Shown: positions 55,152-63,015, numbered from the stretch's first letter. The stretch: 64,000 bases of DNA from Tildeniella torsiva UHER 1998/13D (GCA_019358835.1 JAHHIH010000006.1:158813-222812); one strand, 5' to 3'. Notes: generated from the letters alone by a model not told the origin. Program-made: numbers and translations.

Positions 55152-57080
55152 TCAGTTACAGCAGCTGTGCTTGCTGGTCGAGGGGGGCACGTCGTTGGCG
55201 GGGTTTTGGTCAAAGAAGTTCAGCGGCTTGAGCATAAAGCCAATGTAGGCCACGGGCATCACCGGCCAGTCTTCGGCCCGGGGCACGTGGCTGTGGGCAA
55301 AGGTGTGCCACACCACCAGGTCGGTGTTGGCCACGGGGCGATCGCCCGCCGTCCACTGGGGCAAACCCTCGCCACCGGGGCTTTGGTTAGGGTAGTCGCC
55401 CGCCGAAAATTTCTCGTCGGGTCTGTAGGGTGTGACCCACAGGTGCTTGCTCATATAGGTGGCGCGCTTCATGACGCTGGCGCTGGGTCTGGCCAGGGGC
55501 AGCGTGTTCTCACCGGGAATCAGCTTGTAGGCTGTGGGGTAGCCCATGGCGTTGGTTTCCGTCGGGTTGACAATCTTCCAATAGCGACCCTTCATGGGGT
55601 CGATCAGGCGCTGGGCGGCGAGTTCGGTGTCGAGCAGGGTCGATTTGGCGTAGAAGGCGTTGCCGTAAGGGTTGAGTTCGTCCTCTTCAGGCTCAATATC
55701 CACTTCGTAGACGGAATTTTGCAGGCCATCCACGCACATGTCGAGGCGCACGTTAAAGATGTGCTGGTGCACTGGGGCGTAGAGCTGGGGAGCGACCAGG
55801 GTGCCATACTTGGGCACCTCGCCAGGAGGAAACGCCGCCGTGCTAATCATGCCGGTCAGCTTGACCTCGTACTGAATGCTGCCGTCTTGGTAGAAATACC
55901 AGTAGAAGCCGTACTCGTAGTTGCCCACCGTGGCAATGAAGGAGACAACTAACCGGCGCGATCGCCGCACCTCGGTCTCTTCCGTGCGCCAGTCCACATG
56001 CTTCCAGAGAATGCCAAAATCTTCTTCGTGGAGGCAGACGGCGTTTTTAATCTGGGCCACCTCGCCCCGCGAGTTGGTCATAAAGGCGTCGAAGTAGTAG
56101 ATTTCACCCAGACAGTCGCAGCCCAGAGTCAAAGAATTTGCTAATGAGCCAATGCCGTATTCCCCCACGTCGAAGGCGTTTTTGCGGTAGTGGTGGGGCT
56201 GGGGGTCGCCGTAGGGCACGGTCATCTCCGCCAGGGAGGCGCGGTAGAGAATGGGCCGCTCTTCGCCGCCGTCGGTGTAGGTGACGGTGTAGAGCACCAG
56301 CCCTTCGCGGGGGGTAAAGCCGACGCGCATTTTCCACTTTTGCCAGCGAATCTCATGGCCGCTGACCGCGAAGCTAGGGCCTTCGGGCTGCACAATTTCG
56401 AGCGGTTTGAGGTCGGTGCGAAAGTCTTTGACGTACTCCTGGGAGTAGTTGGATGCCTGGGGCGGCAGAGGCACCACACCGTGGTCTTCGACCCGGATCA
56501 CCTCCATTTTGTTGAGATCTACCACGGGAATGACGCCTTCGATGGGGCGGGCATAGCCGTTGTCGGTGGGGTTGGCCCGCACCCAGCAGAGGGCGCGGGA
56601 GAGGCGAACGCCCTCTTCATCCTCAATGCCATAGTTACCGGCAGACCAGGGATCGACCATGACTAGGCTGGGGTCGGTAATGCCGCGTTTTGCGATCGCC
56701 TCAATAAACGCCGGGCAGGCCTTAACCGCATTCTCACACTCAATAAACTCATCCAGCATGATCGGCGGCTGCACACCGGGGATGTGTTTCCACGAAACAA
56801 CGGTGCCTTCAGTGAGGGAAGCCACCGCCTCATAGGTCTGGGCGGTGGCGTTGTCGAGAATGATGGCAAAGGCTTCGCGGGTAATGGCATCCCCTGGCTT
56901 AAAGCCCAGCACCGTTTCTTTTGCCGGTTCATTCAAGGTGACGGTGGCAAAGCGAGCCATCGCGCCAAGAGATTTTTCCTCGCTCAGAATGGCGACGGCA
57001 GTGGCGATTTCTTCGGGTGTTAGCGGTTCCAGGGGGTGGGCAACAGCGATCGCGGTGGGACGTTCTTGGGCAATGGTCAT
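55152..57080 (-). CDS. Copper-containing primary-amine oxidase (TPQ cofactor), no signal peptide
   Basis: TPQ consensus ...TVGNYEYGFYWYFYQDG... and copper-ligand His region ...HQHIF... / ...WHTFAHSHVPRAEDWPVMP.... ATG at 57080; upstream ORF extension rejected. Confidence 0.88.
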   Translation of the reverse strand: MTIAQERPTAIAVAHPLEPLTPEEIATAVAILSEEKSLGAMARFATVTLNEPAKETVLGFKPGDAITREAFAIILDNATAQTYEAVASLTEGTVVSWKHIPGVQPPIMLDEFIECENAVKACPAFIEAIAKRGITDPSLVMVDPWSAGNYGIEDEEGVRLSRALCWVRANPTDNGYARPIEGVIPVVDLNKMEVIRVEDHGVVPLPPQASNYSQEYVKDFRTDLKPLEIVQPEGPSFAVSGHEIRWQKWKMRVGFTPREGLVLYTVTYTDGGEERPILYRASLAEMTVPYGDPQPHHYRKNAFDVGEYGIGSLANSLTLGCDCLGEIYYFDAFMTNSRGEVAQIKNAVCLHEEDFGILWKHVDWRTEETEVRRSRRLVVSFIATVGNYEYGFYWYFYQDGSIQYEVKLTGMISTAAFPPGEVPKYGTLVAPQLYAPVHQHIFNVRLDMCVDGLQNSVYEVDIEPEEDELNPYGNAFYAKSTLLDTELAAQRLIDPMKGRYWKIVNPTETNAMGYPTAYKLIPGENTLPLARPSASVMKRATYMSKHLWVTPYRPDEKFSAGDYPNQSPGGEGLPQWTAGDRPVANTDLVVWHTFAHSHVPRAEDWPVMPVAYIGFMLKPLNFFDQNPANDVPPSTSKHSCCN

Positions 57081-57092
57081 GGTTCGGTTCCT

Positions 57093-57150
57093 GTGGGGTA
57101 GTGGGGAGGGGGTGAATGGGTAGGCGGGTGGATGGGTAGGGTGGGTTAGG
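57093..57150 (+). repeat. G-rich tract (one C in 58 nt) containing GCGGGTGGATGGGT
   Basis: Read directly. It forms the 5' leader (as a C-rich RNA) of the amine oxidase gene. Confidence 0.85.
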
Positions 57151-57252
57151 TTCCAGAAAATTCTTGCTGTGCCGTTATCTTTTGGTTTGGCCGTAACCCA
57201 CCGTTCGAGTAATGGGTAAAGAGGGCAAATTGGAGACGGTGGCGGGGTTGGA

Positions 57253-57273
57253 TGGTGGGCGGTGCCCACCTAC
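57253..57273. repeat. REP-like palindromic element TGGTGGGCGGTGCCCACC(TAC)
   Basis: 7-bp stem GGTGGGC/GCCCACC. 18 nt identical to 59855-59872. Overlaps the stop codon of the ACAD-like gene. Confidence 0.8.
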
Positions 57274-58697
57274 GCGGCGGCAACGGGAATGGGGGGAGCA
57301 GGTTTTTCGGCTTCCGCTAAATCCGCCAGCAGCGACTCGGCTAGCTTGCGCTTTTCGTCAGGGTCGAGCTTCTTTAGCTCGTTGTGCAGCACCCGCTCGT
57401 TCACCGACTGGTTCCAGTAATCCAAAGAGTCGAAGCCGAGCAGGGCCGACTTGCCAACGAACTGGCGCAGTACCTCGTTGGTCGGCCCCATCACCCAGCC
57501 CGCCTTGCCGTCGCGCAGGTAGCGCTCGATCTCCATGTCTTTCTTGAAGCCGGAGCCACCGCAGGCGTGAAGCATTTTGTCGCAGACGTGGGCTACATTC
57601 TTGGCCGCCTCGAACTTGATTTGCCAGTACCAGTGCAGGTGGGCGGCGCGGGGCAGGGCGCTGGTGTCGGCATGAATGGCCCAGTCGCAGCTGTTGGTGA
57701 GCTGATCCATCAGCTGCCCCATGGAAAAGGTGAACATGCGGCAGGCGCTGGTGTCCATAATCGCTTCGCCAAAGTAGTCCTGAATCGTTGGGTAGTCGGC
57801 CACGCGCATGCCCACATCGACGTGCTTTTTGCGGGTGACGTGGGCCTTGGCAATGTCGATCGCCCCCAATGCAATGCCGTTCCAGCAGGCCGACGAGCAG
57901 AGCAAAAAGAAGGGGTCCACAATCTCGTCGTTGGAGGCGGTGCCGTCGCCCTCGGGGCCAACCATGCGATCGCGCGGTACCGTCACCCCATCCACCAGCA
58001 GGGTGCCCGACTGGTTGCCGCGCAGGCCCAGGGCATCCCACTTGTGGGGTTCGGCCTGCACCTCGTCGGCGTAGATGAGAAAGCACGACAGATCTGAGAA
58101 ATTACCGTCGAAGTGGGGGCTGGTGGTTTGCACAATGTACCAGTCGGCAAACCCTGCCGAGGTCGTCCACGACGCCTTTTTGTTCACCTGCCAACCATCG
58201 GGGGTCGCCGTGGCTTTAGAGGATACGGGGTACCAAAAGTGTGACCCAGTCTCGGGGTCAGAGTAGGATAGGGTGCCGATTAGCACCTCGCTATCGAGCC
58301 GCTTCAGCAAGCTTTGCAGTTCTGGGCTGTCGTGGGCGCGAAACAGCGCTGCCGCCACTGCCCCCAGGTGCATGGTGTAGCACATTGCTGTGCTGGGGCA
58401 GCCGTAGCGGGCGATCGTTTCGACCACCATGGCAGCGCAGACATGGTTTTCGCCCAAGCCGCCCCATTCTTTGGGAACGAACAAGCTCAGCAAGTTCAAG
58501 GATGCCAGCGCCTCGAAGTTTTTGCGGGGGTAGATGAGGTTGCGATCTGATGCGATCGCATTGGGCCGCAGCACCGCCGCACACAGCTCAATCAGCTTTG
58601 CCTGCAAAGCTTGCTGCTCAGGCGTCAGCAACCACTGGGGATCAAAGTCTTCGGTAAGGCCGGTAAAGGGGAGGCCGTTCCAGGTTTTGGTGGACAT
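57270..58697 (-). CDS. Acyl-CoA dehydrogenase-fold flavoprotein, atypical
   Basis: ACAD-like N-terminal helical, middle beta and C-terminal helical regions (...GTLSYSDPETGSHFW..., ...ERYLRDGKAGWVMGPTNEV...). About 50 aa of extra charged C-terminal tail. Confidence 0.75.
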   Translation of the reverse strand: MSTKTWNGLPFTGLTEDFDPQWLLTPEQQALQAKLIELCAAVLRPNAIASDRNLIYPRKNFEALASLNLLSLFVPKEWGGLGENHVCAAMVVETIARYGCPSTAMCYTMHLGAVAAALFRAHDSPELQSLLKRLDSEVLIGTLSYSDPETGSHFWYPVSSKATATPDGWQVNKKASWTTSAGFADWYIVQTTSPHFDGNFSDLSCFLIYADEVQAEPHKWDALGLRGNQSGTLLVDGVTVPRDRMVGPEGDGTASNDEIVDPFFLLCSSACWNGIALGAIDIAKAHVTRKKHVDVGMRVADYPTIQDYFGEAIMDTSACRMFTFSMGQLMDQLTNSCDWAIHADTSALPRAAHLHWYWQIKFEAAKNVAHVCDKMLHACGGSGFKKDMEIERYLRDGKAGWVMGPTNEVLRQFVGKSALLGFDSLDYWNQSVNERVLHNELKKLDPDEKRKLAESLLADLAEAEKPAPPIPVAAA

Positions 58698-58749
58698 GGG
58701 GGTGAGGGGTAGCGGGTGGATGGGTGTAGGGGGTGGATGGGTGTAGGGG
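58698..58749 (+). repeat. G-rich tract with a perfect 17-nt tandem duplication GGGTGGATGGGTGTAGG x2 (58714-58747)
   Basis: Read directly. It abuts the ACAD-like start codon. Confidence 0.9.
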
Positions 58750-58768
58750 CAGACCTATGTGTCTGCCC
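58747..58768. other. 8-bp perfect hairpin GGGCAGAC-ctatgt-GTCTGCCC
   Basis: Read directly. Confidence 0.8.
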
Positions 58769-58803
58769 TAGGGTATGGATGCGTAGGAGATCTGAGGAAG
58801 TTT

Positions 58804-58878
58804 TGAGTTTTGAATGTTGAGTTTTGAATTGGTGCCATACAGCAAGAACTCAAAATTCAAAACTAAGAACTCAAAACT
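58804..58878. repeat. AT-rich compound hairpin built from five copies of (G/T)AGTTTTGA(A/G), two direct and three inverted
   Basis: Left arm GAGTTTTGAATGTTGAGTTTTGAATT; right arm AATTCAAAACTAAGAACTCAAAACTC. 9 + 11 bp pair around a 6-nt internal loop. Confidence 0.8.
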
Positions 58879-58887
58879 CTCAGCCAA

Positions 58888-59787
58888 TTACGCAGGCGTC
58901 AAGGCTCCTTGCGCCAACGGGTCTTCGCAGTACTCTGCCAAGTGGGGGCTGCGGTAGCCGTCTTCGCGCCAGAGAATGGGAAAAAAGCTTTCATCCATCT
59001 CCGTATTGCCGACGCGCTTGTAGCGACCGTAGATGTAGCCCTGGGGGTTGGTGGGGTGAAATTGAGCGCTGGCGGGAATGGTGTGCAGACCAATGCTGCG
59101 GAACATGCCTTCGGTGCGGGTAGTGGGGCCGAGGCCGTGCCAGGTGCGCCCGTGGTGAAAGGCGCAGCCCCCGGCGGGCACATCGACGACCACCAGCTCA
59201 GGTTCGGGCACTCCGGCATTCTCTGCCGCTTGCAGCATGGCCCAGCGGTAGTCTTTGGTGGGGGCATGGAATTCGCCCTCAACGCTAGAAATCGGCCATT
59301 TGTGGGAGCCTTTGGCGTAGACCAGGGTGCCATCGGCGGCGGTGGCGTTATCCAGCGCGACCCAGCAGGTCATCATTTGAGCGGGCACTAGGTAGTCGAT
59401 GTAGACGCCGTCTTGGTGCATGGCGATCGCCTGGGCTCCGGGGGGCTTCATCCAAAGGCTGTCTTGGCCAATGCGGGCACCTTCCCACCCAGCGAGCGTG
59501 GCGCTGAGACGGCCAATTTCTGACGAGAGCACCAGGCTGGCGATGGTGCGATCGCATTTCCAGCCGTTGCAGATTTCTCGGGTGATGTCGGGCAGGCTCA
59601 TGCGCGGTCGCCAGTGCCACTCGTCGGGGTAAATGCCCGTCTCAAACTCGCCGTGGAACATGGGCTCCAGGCGATCGGCCAGGCGCTGGGCGAAGTCAGC
59701 GGGCAGAAAGTTCTCCAGAATCAGAAATCCGTCATTCTGGAACTGCTGAATCTGCGCTGGGGAGAGCTGAATCGGTTGATAATCCAT
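58888..59787 (-). CDS. Phytanoyl-CoA dioxygenase (PhyH) family Fe(II)/2-oxoglutarate oxygenase
   Basis: N-terminal ...QQFQNDGFLILENFL..., facial triad MHQD ... HHGRTWHG. ATG at 59787; upstream ORF extension runs through a REP-like element and is rejected. Confidence 0.8.
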   Translation of the reverse strand: MDYQPIQLSPAQIQQFQNDGFLILENFLPADFAQRLADRLEPMFHGEFETGIYPDEWHWRPRMSLPDITREICNGWKCDRTIASLVLSSEIGRLSATLAGWEGARIGQDSLWMKPPGAQAIAMHQDGVYIDYLVPAQMMTCWVALDNATAADGTLVYAKGSHKWPISSVEGEFHAPTKDYRWAMLQAAENAGVPEPELVVVDVPAGGCAFHHGRTWHGLGPTTRTEGMFRSIGLHTIPASAQFHPTNPQGYIYGRYKRVGNTEMDESFFPILWREDGYRSPHLAEYCEDPLAQGALTPA

Positions 59788-59854
59788 TGCAAACAGAGTC
59801 TCTGGGCGCAGGAAACACAGGGGACGGGGCAAGTCATCTACAGGAATCTGTCGG

Positions 59855-59876
59855 TGGTGGGCGGTGCCCACCCTAC
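59855..59876. repeat. REP-like palindromic element TGGTGGGCGGTGCCCACC(CTAC)
   Basis: 18 nt identical to 57253-57270, same orientation. Confidence 0.8.
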
Positions 59877-59902
59877 AGGGGGGCGATCGCAAAGCGAGCG
59901 AC

Positions 59903-59970
59903 GTAGGTTGGGTAGAGCGCTAGCGGAACCCAACAGAGCTAGACCCTGCACTGGGCTTCACCCAACCTAC
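59903..59970. repeat. Nested inverted repeat GTAGGTTGGGT ... ACCCAAC ... ACCCAACCTAC
   Basis: Read directly. It resembles a widespread cyanobacterial small repeat with a GTTGGGT/ACCCAAC core. Confidence 0.7.
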
Positions 59971-60052
59971 TGAGATGAATTTGACTCAACTTAGTTGACA
60001 AATCTGGGGGTGCCCTATGTACTTGTCATAATAAGTTCTCCCTCCAAAGATT

Positions 60053-60796
60053 ATGTGTCCCCCGTTACCCACAACTGAATCTCTCACCAGCCTCACCGTT
60101 GAGCCCGGCGTTTTGCACATTGCCGCCAGCGACTTTGATGCCCGCCCCATGAGCTTTCTGGCTGCCGCTGGGCAGCGCGCCGGCTACGAACCTGAGCTGG
60201 CTCGCCACCTCTGCCACCAGCTCGGGCTAACGCCTGTGTGGCACAATCTGCCGATGTTTGAGTTTTATACCTGCCTGGCCACCGGTAAATACGATGTGGT
60301 GTGGTTTAACCAGGCCATTACCCCTGATCGCCAGCAGGTGGTCGATTTTACCCAGCCCTACGGCCTATTCGATGAAGCGGTGCTAGTTAAAAAAGGCAGC
60401 GGGATTGCCGCTGTTGAAGACCTAGCGGGCAAGCGGGTCGGCGGACTGGCCGACAGCACCAACATTGCCCTGGTCGAGGGTTTTCCCGGCGCGATCGCGG
60501 TGCCCTACCCCGGTAGCGACCAGGTGCTGCCCGAAATGTTAGCGGCTCTTCGCGCTGGAGAGATTGACGCGCTAATTGACGATGAACTGGTGCTGGTCGT
60601 GGCCGCTGAGGAGGATGCTTCGCTGGAGCTGGCCTTTACGCTGCCAACGCGGGTACCCTTTGCGATCGCCACCGCCAAAACCAACCCCACGCTCAATGCC
60701 ACGATCAATGCGGCGATCGCGGCCGCGATCGCCGATGGCACCCTGGCCCAACTCTGGGCTGAATGGATTCCCTGGAAACCATTTCCTTTCGCGTAA
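60053..60796 (+). CDS. Periplasmic-binding-protein type 2 fold (SBP_bac_3, amino-acid-binding-like) protein lacking a signal peptide
   Basis: ...GYEPELARHLCHQLGL...YDVVWFNQAITPDRQQVVDFTQPY...VGGLADSTN... resembles polar amino-acid SBPs. The N-terminus is not hydrophobic. Confidence 0.65.
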   Translation: MCPPLPTTESLTSLTVEPGVLHIAASDFDARPMSFLAAAGQRAGYEPELARHLCHQLGLTPVWHNLPMFEFYTCLATGKYDVVWFNQAITPDRQQVVDFTQPYGLFDEAVLVKKGSGIAAVEDLAGKRVGGLADSTNIALVEGFPGAIAVPYPGSDQVLPEMLAALRAGEIDALIDDELVLVVAAEEDASLELAFTLPTRVPFAIATAKTNPTLNATINAAIAAAIADGTLAQLWAEWIPWKPFPFA

Positions 60797-60820
60797 CTCC
60801 TATGGCCTTGAGAGCAACTA

Positions 60821-60855
60821 GCGGGGTCTTCCGTTGGCCTGATGGAAGACCCCGC
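60821..60855 (+). terminator. 12-bp perfect hairpin GCGGGGTCTTCC-loop-GGAAGACCCCGC (no T-run)
   Basis: Read directly, 25 nt after the stop at 60796. Confidence 0.5.
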
Positions 60856-60979
60856 CCGTTGCCCAAACCTCTGCCTTCTGACCGAGCTAGCCCTGAACCT
60901 GTGAGGGACGTGCGATCGATTAACATTTCGTAACCTTTACTCAAGGCAACATGCTTGTCCCATCAGTAAAGGAGACAAA

Positions 60980-61534
60980 ATGGTAGATAGCACTACAGGA
61001 AAAAGCGTATCGACAACTCGGCCAACGGAGGGAGACTCTAGAGCCGCCATTGCCGACAAAGATCGCTCATTTCTAGAGAAGGTTTTGGTCGAAGGCGGGT
61101 TTTCTGACCCCTACGAGGCCAGAGACTTTACCGAAGTCGTCTTCCGCATCATGCGCGATCTGATGACCACCGAGGCCGCAGACCGGGTCGCTGACGAACT
61201 GCATGAAGAGGTCATGCCTACTGAAGACAAGACCCTGCAACTAGAAGTTACCGATCTGTGGAAAGACACAAATCCCCTGGTGGGATTTTTGAGTCGGGTG
61301 CGTCCGCCTTGGCAAGGCCCCGGAATTTTCAAGATCGACTCCGATCGCTTCTTCTTTCGGGCTGCCAACGAAGGGGGGCTAGAGAGAACAGCTGAAGACC
61401 GAGAAACGGCCTGTAAGCAAGCTGTGAAAGCGGTATTTTCGGCAACCAAAGCCGAGCTTTCTGAAGAACGCATTCAGGAGATTTCCACCTGGCTTCCCGA
61501 GGCAGGTGTCCGAGAGCTTTGGGGCCAGGCATAG
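60980..61534 (+). CDS. DUF2267-domain protein
   Basis: ...ARDFTEVVFRIMRDLMTTEAADRVADEL... and a second similar half. Strong SD (AAAGGAG). The family is recalled from memory. Confidence 0.55.
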   Translation: MVDSTTGKSVSTTRPTEGDSRAAIADKDRSFLEKVLVEGGFSDPYEARDFTEVVFRIMRDLMTTEAADRVADELHEEVMPTEDKTLQLEVTDLWKDTNPLVGFLSRVRPPWQGPGIFKIDSDRFFFRAANEGGLERTAEDRETACKQAVKAVFSATKAELSEERIQEISTWLPEAGVRELWGQA

Positions 61535-61611
61535 AAGAAAATTCGTCCTCACACTGAGCCTAGGTGCGTGATACACCTGGGCTTTTTCTTATGGGGTTCT
61601 ACTCGTCAGCC

Positions 61612-62361
61612 CTACTCTGCCGCCAAAAACGCGAGGTAATCGCTGGTGAGTTCCTTCACCGCCGCTTCGTAGAGCCGCTGCCCGTGCTCGGGGGTGGCCA
61701 GGGCAGGGTTAGAGCCCATGCGGCCATCGGGGTAGCGCAGGCGAAAATCGGTGGGGCTGTAGATGGCGTGGCCCGAGGGGGCCACCTGGGGATCCAGCGG
61801 CGCCTGCTTAATGAAATCGGGATAGGCGTACTGGGTCAGAGCCACCTCGCTGGGGGTGGCGTGGGAACCCTCCTGATCGCCGTAGAGTTCTTTCGCCAGG
61901 GTGTAGACCGATCGCGCCATGAACCAGTTAGCCATCTTGCAGCGCACCCGCTCGGCATTGGGAATTTGATCGTGGGCTAGGACAGTGTAGGCTTCGGCAA
62001 AGGCCGCCTTGAGGGTGGCGATATTGCCGCCGTGGCCATTGACGAAAAAGAACCGGGTAAAGCCGTGGCGCACCAGGGGCGTAAGGTAGTCCTGAATGAC
62101 GGCGATCAGCGTGCTGGGGCGCAGGGTCATAGAACCAGGAAAGGCTGTGTGGTGCAGCGCCATACCCACATTTATAGTGGGGCCAACTAGGGCGTTGGCG
62201 GCCTCGCCGACGCCCTTGGCCACCACCTCGGCGCAGATGGCATCAGTGCCAATCAGGCCGGTGGGGCCGTGCTGTTCTGTAGAGCCAATCGGCAGAATAA
62301 TGCCCGACGACTGAGTCAGGTAGGCCTCAACTTCGGGCCAGGTACAGAGGTGCAGCAGCAT
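61612..62361 (-). CDS. Creatininase-family amidohydrolase
   Basis: ...ILPIGSTEQHGP... and ...FVNGHGGN... metal-binding motifs. ATG at 62361; GTG at 62370 is also possible. Confidence 0.85.
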   Translation of the reverse strand: MLLHLCTWPEVEAYLTQSSGIILPIGSTEQHGPTGLIGTDAICAEVVAKGVGEAANALVGPTINVGMALHHTAFPGSMTLRPSTLIAVIQDYLTPLVRHGFTRFFFVNGHGGNIATLKAAFAEAYTVLAHDQIPNAERVRCKMANWFMARSVYTLAKELYGDQEGSHATPSEVALTQYAYPDFIKQAPLDPQVAPSGHAIYSPTDFRLRYPDGRMGSNPALATPEHGQRLYEAAVKELTSDYLAFLAAE

Positions 62362-62667
62362 AGGAAACACGCAGAACAGGGCTGATTTCTCACTATAGCG
62401 TTCGCCTCAAGGCCCTTGTGGGCAAGCGACCGTATGGCTTGCTACACTACAGTCTCCGCTTCACTGATATGAGAAGAATGAATGACTCTGGGAATGTTAA
62501 GGTACAGAACCAGGATTAGCTAGGACTGATAGCTGCTGGTCATCTACCCAGACTGCTAGCGCGTAGTTTAGCCGGAGCGAAGGCACAGCACGGGGCTAAG
62601 CAAAACCTGAAACCTAGGGCAACCCCGTTTTAGCTGGGAGAACGCTCCCCTCCGCTAGCCCAGCGAC

Positions 62668-63015
62668 ATGAGCGTTGATGTTACCTGTGAAGGAGCCGCA
62701 ATTATGCTACACCGCAAGATCTATCAACTCTGTTGTGATGGTCAAGATGTGTGGATTTTTCTACGGGATCAACAGCGTTGGATTGAGCGGGCCAAGATTT
62801 TAGACATTGAAGGCGACCTGGTCACCTTTCGCTACGAAACCGAAGAAGAAGACGAAATCTGCTCTTGGGAAGAGATGGTGCGCCTAGAGAGCATCGGCGC
62901 AGTCACCAAACGCCTGGCCGCTGTCCCCCGAGGCGATGTTGAAATTACCGTGTCTGACGATTGCCCAGAGACTGAGCAGCTGAGCGATCCCTACCCAGAG
63001 TCGAACGCTGACTAG
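62668..63015 (+). CDS. Conserved hypothetical protein
   Basis: Coding-like ORF. An alternative ATG at 62704 (MLHRKIYQL...) is possible. No motif recognised. Confidence 0.45.
   Translation: MSVDVTCEGAAIMLHRKIYQLCCDGQDVWIFLRDQQRWIERAKILDIEGDLVTFRYETEEEDEICSWEEMVRLESIGAVTKRLAAVPRGDVEITVSDDCPETEQLSDPYPESNAD

Noticed and set aside
55167-55952. A 261-aa ORF antisense to the amine oxidase gene. Similar long alternative-frame or antisense ORFs occur at 2913-3608, 13240-13923, 36335-37015, 57358-58086, 57384-58097 and 27095-27751.
   Set aside because: All lie entirely inside well-supported genes. Their composition is Arg/Gly/Ala/Pro-rich and low in complexity, typical of off-frame translation of GC-rich DNA, and they contain no recognisable motifs.
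57081-57269. A 63-codon N-terminal extension of the amine oxidase ORF (MGTAHHPTPPPSP...).
   Set aside because: The extension is a translation of the REP-like palindrome and the G-rich repeat tract. The conserved N-terminus starts at the ATG at 57080.
59788-59892. A 35-codon N-terminal extension of the PhyH ORF (MRSPPCRVGTAHHRQ...).
   Set aside because: It reads through the REP-like palindrome at 59855-59876. The ATG at 59787 gives a typical PhyH N-terminus.
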